The position numbers and the translations under genes were made by a program. DNA of 64,000 nucleotides, taken from NCBI GenBank assembly GCA_964199315.1, contig OZ116701.1:9238001-9302000 (forward strand), given 5' to 3'. Of the stretch, positions 35,901 to 48,554 are shown one piece after another. The notes beneath the pieces were generated by a model. The model ran no database searches. It worked only from the letters and a program-made list of their open reading frames with translations, and was not told where the DNA came from. The DNA is from Orbicella franksi. Lineage: Eukaryota. How positions within the stretch are numbered: the stretch's first letter is position 1; each line of letters opens with the position of its first letter.

Positions 35901-38413
35901 ACACCATTCGTCAGTCGTTGATTAACTGGCCGTTGTGGAGAGGTTATTGTCGCAGTTTGGACGAGTTTTAGTGGCCGTTGCTGTTGTGGAGAGGTGGCCG
36001 TGGTAGAGAGATTAAAATAAGAGTGAATGTATGGACTGTCCCTCGGGCCAAAAATAGTGGCCGGCGGTGGCCTCCGTTATTGGAGGTTCGACTGTACTTA
36101 TCATGATATGGATAGTAACTGCGTAGCGCCACCATAATAAAGTAAGTTCAAAATGTTAGTGGCGGTGATGATATTGAAAAGTCCATAAGTTTCAGGGCTG
36201 CTGCCTCTTAGTCAGTGATAAGCGCCCGTGATCTTTTAAAATGTGCCTACAGAAAGAATATGTAGCCTGTCCCAGGCGCTCAGCTAAGACGTTGGTTTTC
36301 TAGAGTAGCAGCGCAGCAAGGAAACTTTATTGTGTAGAGATTAAAGAAACAGAACAACTGAACAAACTACTAGCAGTAAAGAGCATGTCGATCGCACGCG
36401 TAATACGTGAAACGTGAAGCGTGAAAGGTGAAGCATGAGGCATGAAGCGTGAAGCGTGAGGGGTCACTTGGTTCACTCGACGAACGTGGAGTCAGCTTGC
36501 GTTCGCTAAACTATTCTCGGTCAGAAAAATTTCCCCTACCCCCTCAGAAAAGAGGTAATAAAACAGAGGTTCATCGCTTGTAAATTTCACTTACTGGCTG
36601 CAAATGTTTAGTTGATGATTATCTCTCTTTATCCGTCTGTTCGACTGTTTAATTAGAAAGCAGATCTAGATCGCAAACATACAGTGAAAACAATTAAACC
36701 GTGAACACTTGACATTTTTTGTGGATTTTTTTGCGGATGACTATTCAATGAGAACTCTTCATAAAAACCGAAGGATTAGCAATTTTATAATTAAAAACGC
36801 TAATCCTTTTACTTATAAGAAGATCCCTTATTGGGTAACAGTAAAGAAAAAAATGCAGTAAAAAATTTCAAGTCTTCATGGTTTAAATGAAGTTGTCGAA
36901 ATGACACTTCACTTTTAAACCTCCCTTCCTGTAGACTTTCATCGTGTTCGACAGCTGATACGCCTATCACGTATTTCTGCTCCGTGGGAGTTGAAGAGTA
37001 ATTCCGTTTCAGCAACAAAGTGTCATCTAATATTCAAATATATCATTTAATATAATCAAAGTAAATAGCTTTTCTAACTTCCGATAGTGCATGAGTTTCT
37101 TCCTTTACTTGCTCGATACATATATTTTTGTGGCTCAGTTCAAAACATTTCCTTTTTTCTAGTTTTTGCGTGCAAGAAAGGTTATTGAGTATTCAGCACT
37201 CTCTTCAAAAATAAAAGTATAATGGAACATCCCAAAACAAGATTGTCATGGCCTCAGGAAATCACGGAACAGAAACCTTCCATTGTTTCAGTTACTATCC
37301 TTCTGGTAGCCTGAAAGGTGAATCCAGCATCTTCCGCCCTCAGCGACCTATAAATCCCCGGACCGGCATCTCCCGCCCTCAGCGGCCTATAAATCCCTGG
37401 GCCGGCATCTTCCGCCCTCAGCGGCCTATAAATCCCCGGGCCGGCATCTTCCGCCCTCAGCGGCTCATAAATCCACGGGCCGGCATCCTCCGCCCTCAGC
37501 GGCTTATAAATCCCCGCGCGAAAGACGACGGGAAATAAGGCTGAGGGCGGGAGATGATTGACATTTTAGGCTATCCTTCCGGTCTTTCAATACGGAGTTA
37601 ATCACATCCCGGGGAAAAATGACCTTCAAGAGAGCTTTCTGCTCCGTGCGAGTCGAAAAGTAATTTCGTTTCAGCAACAAAGTGTCATCTAATATTCAAT
37701 GATCTTTCCTGAGGCTTCAATGGTAAATTTAATTTTGAAGAAAACCCTGAGATTTTATACAAATCGGACAAAAGAAGTTAATATGATGTCATTATGAACC
37801 ATTATCTGTGTATGCCGAAGCACTAGATGTTTCGTCACTGGAGAATTCAGGTAATCGTTGAAATGTCATCATAATATTTCTCAAAATAAACATTTAAGAG
37901 CGAAACATGCGTTTATTATCATCACAACTCGAATTTATACAGATAAAATCAAGATCCTCCCGATTCGATTACCTTGAACGCGTTCTCAGACATAAACAAT
38001 CCTAAGTTCGAAGAAATTCGAAGAATCGTAAGAAATGAGACGAGAAACGAGGCAAAACAGATACGCGAAAGAACGAACCGAGCTTCAGATATAATACGCG
38101 TGACACTGGGACAGGATTGTCCAAATATTGCCACGACTTTTTCTATGCCAATTCTTTCGCTGGGCCGAGCAGTGTTTTCTTCCCCACGAATGCATAGCAT
38201 AACTTTATTATATACCTACCCTTCACCACTCGGTAAAATCTCTGGTTTGCTCTGTTGTGGCTGTAGAACTCCTTCGCTTTGACCAATATCAAGTTTCTGC
38301 CACCAGTCTTCCCAGTATTCTCGCCACTTATAAGGACTCCACCAGTTCGATGATGAGCTAAGCTCTAACGAGGAACTGAGAATGAGCAAATAAAACAACA
38401 ATAACTTCGCCAT
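29998..38413 (-). CDS. Periostin/TGFBI-like secreted protein: signal peptide, EMI domain, four fasciclin (FAS1) domains; 8 exons, 701 aa
   Basis: Exons 38413-38220, 35582-35499, 35413-35334, 34670-34342, 33714-33442, 32773-32563, 32127-31811, 30615-29998; 2106 nt in frame. EMI: GPNVC...YRCCPGY...GCP. Four FAS1 H1 motifs (TAFVPSDQAF, TLFAPTDQAF, TLFAPTDKAF, TLFAPTNWAF) and H2 motifs (NGIIHVIDRVL, NGIIHTINKVL, NGVIHVIHKVL, NGVIHVIDDVL). POSTN versus TGFBI orthology cannot be resolved here. Confidence 0.93.
31066..31548 (+). mobile_element. Second copy of the about 480-bp hairpin element (periostin-like intron 7)
   Basis: Aligns end to end with 5938-6418 and abuts the end of the palindromic repeat at 30860-31065. 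Confidence 0.8.
37307..37573. mobile_element. MITE with TAGCC...GGCTA TIRs, 9-bp TSD and an internal array of 5 x 39-bp repeats
   Basis: TSD TCCTTC(T/C)GG at 37298-37306 and 37574-37582. Units start at 37327, 37366, 37405, 37444 and 37483. Confidence 0.8.
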
Positions 38414-38929
38414 TTGGATTACTTTCTACGTGTCTGTGTAGAAAGGTCAGGAGTGAATGGCAGAAACTCTCAGAAAATGTGAAATATCTGTCAAATCTGT
38501 CAATCAAACGAAGATACGACACAGGCAGCGCGAGCAGGCGTCAATGATCATCGTAGAACAGGCAGAAATTAAAGAAACTTTTCGTCCCAAATATAACTTT
38601 ATACCGCCTTCAACGGACGAGTTTAGTGGTATCATTGCAAAAATAACTTGAGGAAAGTGTCCAGCGGGAAAGTCGGGGATGTACTCCTAGTGGTGTACTC
38701 AGTTTTACGCGGAAACTTCTCGACTGGAGTGTTTCTGTCGAGGAACTATCGGCTGATAGTCGCCCCGCGGAAATTTGATGTATATCTGATGAAGTATGAA
38801 ATATCTGCCCGAAAAGCGATGCTTCGAGGGCAAATATGCTGGTTTTAAGAACATCAAATTTCCAAGGGGAAACTGTTAGACCAATAGTTCCGAAACATAA
38901 ACATGGTTCACCACTAAATTTTCTGCCAC

Positions 38930-39392
38930 CCCGGGAAGGGGAAGGGGGGGGGGGGGAGGCGGGGGGCGGAGGCGGGAAGGGCTACTCCCTTATATGGGCT
39001 AATAGGTATGTGCGGCTCCAAAGGGCATAGTTTTTCAGCCGTTTTGGTCATAAATGGGATATCGAATTTTGGCCATTTTGGTCATAAATAGAATATGGTT
39101 TTTGCATTCTAGTCTTGTCATGAATATGTTTTTAAGAAGAAGCTAGATTTTCATCATTATTGAGATAAGACCATCAGCAAAATCCCTACACAAATTATAT
39201 TTACAGCAATTTAATATTGGTCTGAAACTGGGTTTTGATTTAAGGATCAGGTCACAAACAGGGTATCGAATGTTTGGTCAGGTCATAAATAGGGCAGGGA
39301 AATTCGCAGATTTTGGTCATAAATAGGGTAAGGGTTTTGGGAAGCGGGCCGCACACCACCGCCCGATTTTACTGGGAGTACCCCCCCCCCGG
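38930..39392. repeat. CCCGGG/poly-G-ended MITE; related copies at about 13130-13560, 40130-40470 and 51630-51730
   Basis: Reverse complement of gggggtaccccagaaaaattgg...cccaaaacccttaccct at 13145-13205, with internal ttttggtcataaatag repeats. Confidence 0.6.
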
Positions 39393-40834
39393 GTCTTTCA
39401 CGCGCCAGCTCAAAAATCAAACTGAATTATTTTCACTTTTAGGTGAAAGATGTGGAAGCCAAATGTAACATTTGTAAAAGAAACTGAAAAATTGCGTCTT
39501 TCAATTTTTTTTCCTATAAGCCCCCTTGTACTACATGCTTTCATCCGGGTATTTCCTCGGACGGCCACTACCGTGTGCAGATAGTGTCTATCCGCCGATG
39601 AACACTATCTCGTCACGTGATCAATTTAAACCAATAAGAATTGGAGAAAATTTAGTGTTGAACTATAAGAGATGTAAGTTTAAGAAGCCGAAGGCAGCCG
39701 GTACTTACATTTTTCAGGATGAAGGTCATAAAAGTAAAGGAACTCCAGGAGTTGAGATACAGTTGGACATGGCTAATTCGAAATATTTTTGGTTTCTCCC
39801 AGAGAGTTCGAAATAGCGGGCTTCAACTGTATAACAAAAAGGTCTAGGCTGAAAAAGGCCGTTCAAAATATCTGGAATTTAATTAACAAATCAACCCCGA
39901 TTGGTACAGTTATCAAAATAAGGAAAGCGGAAACTTGGACAACTGAGGAGAAGTGATCCAACAGGGATAAAAATTATCAGGTTTTCAATCACGTAAAGCA
40001 AAGAAACTCTCTGTCCCAGCTAAGCTTTGTACCGCTTTAATTTTCGTAATCAAGGTACTAAAGCAAAAATTGCTTTGAGAAAATTGCTGCGGTCCGTTGT
40101 AGTCAGCATGCGGCCACCAGGTTGTGCTAATCCACGAGCGACCGAGCATCCCGGGGGGGGGGGGGGGGGACTCCCGTATGAAAAAGTCTGGTAAGGCCGG
40201 GTGCGCTCGAATAAATAAGAATAAGAAAACGCGCTCGTTTCACTTTACAGGTTTTATTTCCACCGCTCTCTCAAGTCCGATCTTACTACTCTCGCGAACT
40301 CCTTTCCCGAACAGCGGCCGGTAATCGAGCCAGTTCGGTTTTAAGTGATATTTTTTATGAGGCAAATAAAGCTAAGGCCATGCCCAGATTGGTTTCCTTT
40401 AGGGGTTTGATTCAGATTTTCCGACGAGCATCCCCGGCCTTTTCACATATATGACAGCCCCCCCACCCCGGAACCAAATGATACTAGAGGATAACGTTCA
40501 CAGCTCATGAGTTTTATTCACCATTTCTTTTACATTTCTGCCTTGCAGAACTGAAGCTAAAAGAACACGTCTAAGAAATTAGAAACTGACAAGAACTACT
40601 TGCGGTGGACGTGCCCAGTCATTATAATTAATTGCACTGAATTTTAGGTCCAAGTGAACCTCATTCTCGGGGTTTTTACGTTGGAAATTGGGAACGAGGT
40701 TTAGTCCTAACTTCACGCGCATAGTAAAATTTCAAACGCTGCTCAAACATCGCGGTGGTATGGGTTTGAGTTTTTCAGAAGGGAGATAAGTCTTTAAAAA
40801 CGCTATACTAGGATAGCTGAAAAGTTAATAACTA

Positions 40835-43576
40835 TTATAGGATTGCGCTAGAACTGCACATTCTCGTGAAAGTCCCAGAGCGGAGCTTCATTCCAAATTC
40901 GTGCGCCTGCTCAGTTTGAACCTCCTTTGATACTGTGTCAACCTTCTCTTCTTTTGCCTCTTCTACTCCCATGCTCCGTGGATGAACTTTGAACTTTCCT
41001 CGGTTGATGAAGATCAATATTATTGGTATCAGGGATGCCGTCAACGGTACTCCGCCGGTCGTGAAGAATGAGTAGATATAGCTCCCTGTCTGGTCCGCTA
41101 TCAAAGCTGAAGAAGTTAAGAAAGAAAGTCTCAAGAAACGACCTCGAAAGATCTTTTCATTCAGGCAACTTAACTCGAAGTTTAAATTTTTTCTGTGAAG
41201 TCCCTCCAGTTTTATCGGACGCGCGCTGGATTTCTCAAACGACCTAAAAAATTATTCCTCAGTTCGAATTGGTTAATTCATTAAGAGCTCAGTGCACGGT
41301 ATTTTGAGTTACTTTGGCCACATACAAAATCATCTTTAAATTGAAGGAAACCTGAAAATAGCGGTTTACTAAGATAGAAAAACACTGTAGGGATAATAAT
41401 GATAAACCATAAAGGAACAAGGATGGAGAAGACTGACACAGATTACAGATTGAAAAATTTAGGCCAAACTTTTCAAGATGCGCAAACCTTAACGTAATAG
41501 CTTCTTTAATTGACCAACTTTCGTGCACCCTGTATATTCAGTCGAGGAATCGGGGTTTTAACTTGAGAAGTTTCTTAGTTTCGTCACAGGCTTATTTCAC
41601 TTCCTGTAGTAATCTATATTTTATCATTATTATTTTCTATATTGTATATTACTTTCCCCAAGTATTTCGGTTCACTATTAACCAAGCTACAACTAGCTCG
41701 GGGCCATATTGGAAGGATATTAGCCTCAGGTTGTTTTCGTTGTCAAGACCTCAGCCCTGTCCTCCCTCAGTACAGCGCTAGCGCTCGGTTCAAAATAAAA
41801 AAAAATATATTTACTCACCAGCAACTGGTCCACCGGCGACTACAGAAAACGAATACACCACATTGCGGATACAGTAGGCGGCCGTTGTTCTCTTGCTGTC
41901 CACACACGTCAGTAAAATAAAATTCTGTGATGTTACGAAAATTAACACCATCGATCGCTCAATCCATAAATAACACTGAAGGCGATTACGTTCCCGTATT
42001 CTGTGGTAAGCGACAGCATAAAGGTGGCCAGCCCAACAATTACCATACATAACTGAAAGATATACACTGGATTAACTCTCTTGTAGTTGTATAGTCTCCC
42101 TGTCAACAGGCGTGAGAAACTTGAAAGAAGACCGATAACAATGAACAGCTGAGAAGCTTTCTGCGCAGAAATCGATTCGACTATCTTCACAGTACTTGAC
42201 CTATAAAGTAACAATACCCTCTTAGGAAACGTTCCAATCAAAGAAAGTAGATACTAGCCTTAGGTAAACAGGGACGTCTCTATGTTTTGTGCACTCAGTC
42301 AAAACGTCCGAAACATGACCCAAAAAAGATCTTTAAATTAATTTAGGTATACAAGAATCTGACTGCTGTTCTTTTCTCGGTACCAGAGATTTCAACTTTC
42401 CCTGTCATTTGTCGGATATATGAGCTCTAGGCCCGAGAGTGAGTCCCAATTCTGGTAAGTTTTTTTCTGGTTCTCTTGTGACGCGTGGTAGCCTCATGGT
42501 TAGTGCGCTCGTCACCGGATCGAGTGGTCCGGGTTCGAGTCCTGACCGGCGACATCGCGTTGTGTTCTCGGGCAAGACGCTTTACTCCCACAGTGCCTTT
42601 CTCCACCCATGTAGGTGTATAAATGGGTAACGGCGAACTTACTGGTGGGGGTAACACCGCGGTGGACTAGCGTCTCATCCAGGGGGGAGTAGAAATACTC
42701 CTAGTCGCATCATGCTACAGAAACCGGGGTAAGCTCCGACCTGATGGGCCAGTTGGCTCGTGTGAAGACTTTACCTACTTTACCTTACGATTCTTTTACA
42801 ATATGTGCATAAAAAATGAACGAGTGGCAGCAATGTAGAGCAGTCTAGTTTCCAGAGCCCATGGATTTTAAAACGTTATCCTCAGCTGTTTCCACCCCAT
42901 AATAAGTTAAAAAGTATATTGCTCTGAAATGTAATGCGACTTAAAACAAGCATTTGAATTTAAACTAACCAGAATGATGTAAGGCATTTACATCCCAAAA
43001 CTGACAAACGTGAGCGACGCCACAATAACAGTGTAAGCAGGAAAGCTCCACACACTGCAGTAAAGAGAGATGCCTGTCTTTTCGTCTCTTACTTCCTCAT
43101 TGTTGTTCTTTCCACTGTTAAACTTCTGCGTTGTTGTTTATTGCTTCTTCTACGTGCGGATTAATTGAAACCTAGACTCAAAATGCAGACAAGGGCGTAC
43201 GTTGCCGCCATTATTCTGAAAGTGCTTTTTCATTCAAACGAGTCTAAGAGGACTTGAAGCAAAGGTCCGCTGTAGAGGAGTCCTACACTTCCGCCCAACG
43301 AAACAACGCCAGTAGCTACGGTCAGCTAGTCTTTAAAGTATTTAGCAAGTACACGAATACAGGGATTGAATATTAGGCACGCTCCTAAACCGTACAAGGC
43401 GCTGTACGTGAAGTACATCACTGTGAAGCTGTGGACGAGTGAAGTCGACACCAGACCCGCAATGCATAGCGTGCCTCCCAAGAAACAAGTGATGCGGCAA
43501 CCAAAGCGATCACACAGATAGCCTGCCAGCGGACTTGCGAACCATATCATGCCCAGACCAATTGAGCCGACAAAAG
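40835..43576 (-). pseudogene. SLC16/monocarboxylate transporter-like MFS pseudogene, copy A (exons 2-4; exon 1 not found)
   Basis: Exon remnants 43576-42970, 42200-41819, 41106-40835 with MCT motifs (SPLAGYLCDRFGCR, LYGLGACL, IYGLSD, GGPVAG). Acceptor mutated AG>AA at 43577; stops at 43326-43328, 43230-43232 and 42988-42990; two 4-bp insertions in exon 3. Confidence 0.85.
42486..42786 (+). mobile_element. Full-length tRNA-derived SINE in an SLC16 pseudogene intron
   Basis: Pol III A-box-like TAGCCTCATGG, B-box GGTTCGAGTCC (42532-42542), central gggcaagacgctttactcccacagtgcc core, and (TTTACC)-like tail. Confidence 0.8.
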
Positions 43577-43939
43577 TTGAAACAATAGTGATAAATGATA
43601 ACGATGATGATGATAATGATAATTATTGTTTTTTTCTCACCCGCAATACCTTTTATAGTCTATAATATTTCAGATAGTACGCACGCTCTCATCGGTCGAC
43701 TGATGTGTTTAGATAAAAGCATGTAAACGGGTGGTGACAAAAAATATTTTATAAAAACAATGGAGGACTTTTTTCCATGTTTGCATAGCCTCTTGTAAAG
43801 ACTAGGGAAGGAAAAGGGGGAAAGAGGTCGGGGGAACTGTCGAAAGCTACGGAAACCCTCGACTGTGTCACGCTTTACATACAAACGTACGATTTATTTA
43901 AACACGGCCGAAAACATCAGTTACAAGATTAACATTAAA

Positions 43940-44330
43940 AAAATAAAAATACCTGATTTGCAGCTCTAAAGTTAGATGGCTATTCCACAAGTTTGCCCCA
44001 CTGTAGCAGAAACTAAGTTTTAAAAAATTGGTACAAGGCTCGGCCAGAGCTAATTTGTTTTCTATGTTTTCAGTCCAAAGTCCGTGCTGAAGGGTTTTAT
44101 AAGGCGTTTCAAGTACTCCGGAGTCTGATCATTCATAGTTTTAAACTTTAAATTTAAGTTTTCTCTCCATAATTCTGTTATAGAAGTCATTTGCACTGAC
44201 GGTTTTAAAATATAAAATGACTTAGTTCGAATCAGATGTTTCTTTCCCTCTGACTCGAATTCTTCCAATACCCATGTTCAGATGTAAACGCAGAAAAAGT
44301 TCTCTATACCTTAACTCGTTAACTCGTTAG
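43940..44330 (-). mobile_element. L2/CR1-group LINE 3' remnant
   Basis: Decayed frame FKTMNDQTPEYLKRLIKPFSTDFGL...KLALPS.RT...SFCYSG..LWN, typical of L2 ORF2 C-termini. Confidence 0.6.
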
Positions 44331-44469
44331 CAAATTGTGCTGGCCTTAAATTCCGCAATGTGCCGAAAAAAAATCCCAATAAAAGAACCGACAGAACCAT
44401 AGCAAGACAAAAAAGAACACACAGCAAAACAAAGTAAAACAAAAGTAAGAACGGGTATGTTGAGATGCC

Positions 44470-44790
44470 AGGGTCCGTTCACACTACGACGGAGACTTGA
44501 ATTTAAAAAACGCAAAAATTACCAGTCATTTTGGATTTGCGTTTGAGGAAAACTCGGGCAGGGAAATTACTTGGTTATCGTGACGCCTTTGTTTTGGAAA
44601 AGCTCTGTTTTCAAAACATTTACCGTCCACACGAAAACGAAAGACCGCTGTTTTCAAATTTCTCCGGTTTGAAAAGCGCTTTCGAAAAACTCCGTTTTCG
44701 TGACGGATTAGTGTGGACGGTAGGCCTAACTTTACACCTTACAAATAGAGCTGCCTTTCAAATTCCTCCAGCGTAGTGTGCACGGCGCCT
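44470..44790. mobile_element. PIF/Harbinger-like MITE
   Basis: AGGGTCCGTTCACACTACG ... CGTAGTGTGCACGGCGCCT(TA) inverted termini. Confidence 0.6.
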
Positions 44791-45420
44791 TAGTTTGTGA
44801 TGAATTGGACAAAGAACAACGTTTAGTATTCAGTTCGGCTTGTTTCTTCTCTCTGCTGTATTATTTGGGGAAAAAGAGGTTAATAAGAGGGTTATACAGC
44901 AGGGTTTTGCGTCATAGGTCCGTCATGAATTCTTGCGATAACCTCTTTCGCAATTATTTCGCAATTGTGCGAAAACTCAATCTCGCGAATAGAAGTAACA
45001 ATGATGTTAGTGGAAATCGTTGCTTACAGAGAAAATTATTGCCCTTATGAAACTTTTTAACGCTCCATTTTGACTTCTAGTTTTTACGTTTTTCATGTTA
45101 GTTTGAAAATAGGTATACATTTTCCTTCGAAGCTCTTTGACTTCGGGGTTTGGCAGACAAAAGCGTGAAAACGTTAAAACAGCTTTGCGTACACTTTCAA
45201 CAAAACACAAGAAGTGTGAGCTTCGAACGTGGCACTCGCGTTTAGACAAGGCACAAATATTATAATATATTCTAAATGCCGATTTCAACTTCAGTTTGTT
45301 GAGAGAGTGTGAAAGGTCTGTCTGTAGTTTTGCACTGGAGCCCAGATCGTTTTCCATTACTTACAAAATGACTTGAAATTAATTTTAAAACTTTGTTTTG
45401 TATAGATATTAACATATCTT

Positions 45421-48400
45421 TTTTTTTTTTCTTTTTTTCTTTATTGAAACAAATTGATATTAATACAGCAAATTAGTTACTTACCTACATAATTATAATA
45501 ACAACTAATATTACTAATACTAATAATATAATACAACTAATTAGTACTAATAATACTACAATACTACAATGCTTACAACACTAAAAAACACCAATATCAC
45601 TAACAATAGACGGTAACCAAAAAAAATAAATTCCAACAAACTATAACTAAATATTTACAAAATATAATGTAAATAACATATTAATTAGTATTACATGGGT
45701 CAACATACAGAAAGTGAATGCATATTAACACCTTTAAATAATTAAGCTTTTACAAAAGGCGACACTATCCATTTAGCTTCAAAGAAATCCTTTGTTTTTT
45801 TACTATGCAGACTTATATATTTTTCCGTTTCATATTTTACAGCAATTTTCTTTTTAAATCCATATATATTTGGAAGAATTTGACTTCTTCTACAATCCCA
45901 TAAGTACAATTTCCCAATTATAATTAGATAGTTTAGCAGCTTGGCAGAAGGGGAGTTTTGTGGTATCATTCCAACTAAAACATCTTGCAACGAAAGTCGA
46001 ATGTTTTCCTTTAAAAGTTGATGCCAAAATACTTCGAAGTCACGCCAGAAATCTATCGAGTAAGGACAGAGATACAGGAAGTGATATAGCGTTTCTGGTT
46101 CAGATGAACAAAATGAGCACGAGTCGTTCATTTTAAAGCCAATTTTGTAAAGTTTAGCATTAGTGTAAAGAATGGAGTTAAGAATTTTGTATTGAAATGC
46201 CTTAACATATGCTTCAAGAGCAACACTATGCGGGATCGTAAAAATTTTTTTAACTTCCTCGAGTGTAAAATGAAATTCATTTTGCAGCTTGTTTACAATA
46301 GTTGGAAAAAGAGCCTTTCTGCTTACAAGTAAAGTATAATAGTCTTTAGATTTCTTCTTTGTCACATCAAATATATTTTCGTCAATTTTTAGAGAAAGTT
46401 CACCTGTTGTTGATTTATGAGTACTATTTTTTAAAATGGAAGGAATGGAGTGTCGAAGACCAGCCCAAACTAAAAAATTAGTTTTCGAAATCCTGTTAGA
46501 AACTAGGGAAAAGGAATCTTTGTTATTTAAATCAAAGGATAGATCGCTGATATGAACTACACCAGCTTCGGAATAGCTTTTATAATAAACTGTTTTATTA
46601 TTAATGAGTATTTGTTTGTTATTCCAAAGAATATAACGCCAGTTTTTTTCTGCACAGAACATATCTCTAAATTCTGACCACCACTGCAGTAATTCTAGAT
46701 AGAATAGAGAAATATTCAGTGGAAGGATGCTAACATCATAGTTGCAATGAAACAAGAAAAGGCCGCCAAAGCGTTCTAGGTGATATGTCAGATACCTTTT
46801 CCAGGTGCCATCATTTGAGCTAACTATTCGTTTTAGCCATGCCAATCGAAGCGATATTATCATGCTATCAAAATCAATCATCTTTAAACCTCCGTTGGAG
46901 TGTTCATTTATCGCCGATCTACGTGTGACTTTATCAGGACCATTCCATAAGAATTGAAATAATAACTGGTTTAACTGACTTACCAATTCTTGTGGGGTAG
47001 GTATTAAAGATGACACATAAACAAATTTCGGGATTAATAGAGATTTGATAAGTGTAATTTTGCCATAAATAGAAAGACCTCTTGAGGACCAAATTCTAGT
47101 CAGGTTTTTAATACTGTCTAATCTTTCTATGAAATTCTTTTCAATAAGCAATTTTTGATCATACGTGTAATAAATTCCTAGAGCCTTTATCGGTTCGTTA
47201 GGCCATTTAATCCCAAAAGGCTGTGCGTTGCAGTTCCTTGAAGAACCTATCCACATAGCTTCCGTTTTGAAACAATTAATCTGTAAGCCAGAGACAATCT
47301 TGAAATCATCTAATAGCCTAAAAAGAGCAGTAGCAGAGCTTGTGTCGGCAGGTATTGCTGTCGTATCATCTGCGTATTGAAGAATTTTTGTCTCCTCACT
47401 CCCAATAGAGATACCTTTTATATCTTTATTCTGTCGAATCGCAATTGCTAATATTTCTATAGTAACTACAAAGAGGTAAGGAGAGAGCGGGTCCCCCTGT
47501 CGTACCCCACGTTCAAGCTTAAAGTATTCGGATGAAAGTCCGTTGTTTATCACACAGCTTTGTATGTTTCTGTAGAACGTTTTAACCCAATGGATGAAAT
47601 TAGGGCCAAAATTGAAGGATTTTAAACAATAGAAAAGAAAATCCCATTCTACGCTATCAAATGCCTTTTCAAAATCAATAAATATCATTAGTCCCGGAAT
47701 ACTTTCTTTTGCAGTGAAATCCATAATATCAAAAACTGATCTAATTGTTTCGCCGATATATCGGTCTTTCACGTATCCAGTTTGGTTATGGTGTATAATG
47801 TTTGGAAGAACATTTTTAATTCTTGTGACGATCATCTTAGACATAACTTTTGTGTCAACGTTTACGAGAGAGATTGGACGCCAGTTCTCAATATAAGAAC
47901 GATCTTTTCCTTTTTTTTCTATTAGAGTAATTACCGCTTGTTTTTGAGAACAAGACATTTCACCTTTTTCAAAGCTTTCGTTCACGCATTTAAGAAAAGG
48001 ATCGCTTATTAAAGGCCAGAACAATTTGTAGAATTCTATAGGAATTCCGTCATTCCCGGGAGTTTTGTTGGTTTGAAAACTTTCGAGGATATTGTAACAA
48101 TCCTCAGCTGAAATTTTGCCTTCGCAGGTTAACATTTGTTTTTCGGTTAATTGAGGTATATTCAAATTCTCTAGAAACTTTACAATGTTCTGACGATTTT
48201 CCGCATCACTATTTGAACTTTTATATAGCTCTCGATAAAATCGTTTTTGTCCTTGAAGAATGCCAAACGGATCTGTCTTTACGACGCCGCTGATGACTAG
48301 TTTCCTTATATGCTTTTTTACATGATTTCTTTTTTCTAAGTTTAGGAAATATTTGGTACTTTTCTCGCCGTGTTCATGCCAACGTGCTCGGGCACGGATT

Positions 48401-48554
48401 ATTATTCCGTTGACTTTTTCATCATAAAATGATTCGAGCTTATCCTTAGCCGCATTTAAATTGTTACCATTCGAATCATTGGGGTCCGTTTCGAAAACCT
48501 GTTTCGCTTCAGTATATTCTTTTTCAAGTTTTGATCCTCTTTCGTTTCTCTCCT
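45421..48554 (-). mobile_element. 5'-truncated L1/Tx1-clade non-LTR retrotransposon with poly(A) tail and 15-bp TSD
   Basis: TSD ATATTAACATATCTT at 45406-45420 and 48555-48569. AATAAA plus A-tail at about 45421-45446 on the minus strand. Confidence 0.92.
45742..48554 (-). CDS. LINE ORF2 (partial): reverse transcriptase plus C-terminal Cys/His motif; endonuclease lost by 5' truncation
   Basis: The frame is open from the truncation point (RARWHEHGEKSTKYFLNLEK) through NWRPISLVN, FIDFEKAFDSV, GVRQGDPLSPYLF, QYADD and CSFCSSEPETLYHFLYLC. The ORF track calls 45742-48165 (807 aa). Confidence 0.9.

Noticed and set aside
37248-37538. 96-aa ORF with 13-aa repeats (IFRPQRPINPRAG); array could be mistaken for a CRISPR
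   Set aside because: It is the translation of a 39-bp tandem array inside a MITE; the units are contiguous with no unique spacers, and the context is eukaryotic.
37973-38141. Candidate extra exons in periostin-like intron 1
   Set aside because: With the phase-2 donor at 38220 they introduce stops or lack good acceptors; direct splicing to 35582 gives the canonical GPNVC.
42486-42545. tRNA-like sequence with A and B boxes
   Set aside because: It continues into a SINE body and tail, and no complete cloverleaf is evident; it is a SINE head, not a tRNA gene.
44327-44515. Hydrophobic 62-aa ORF as the missing exon 1 of SLC16 copy A
   Set aside because: It is low-complexity T-rich sequence between an L2 remnant and a MITE, with no nucleotide similarity to exon 1 of copy B.
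45007-45357. 116-aa minus-strand ORF adjacent to the LINE tail
   Set aside because: No family recognised with confidence; it may be a transposon fragment but is unsupported.
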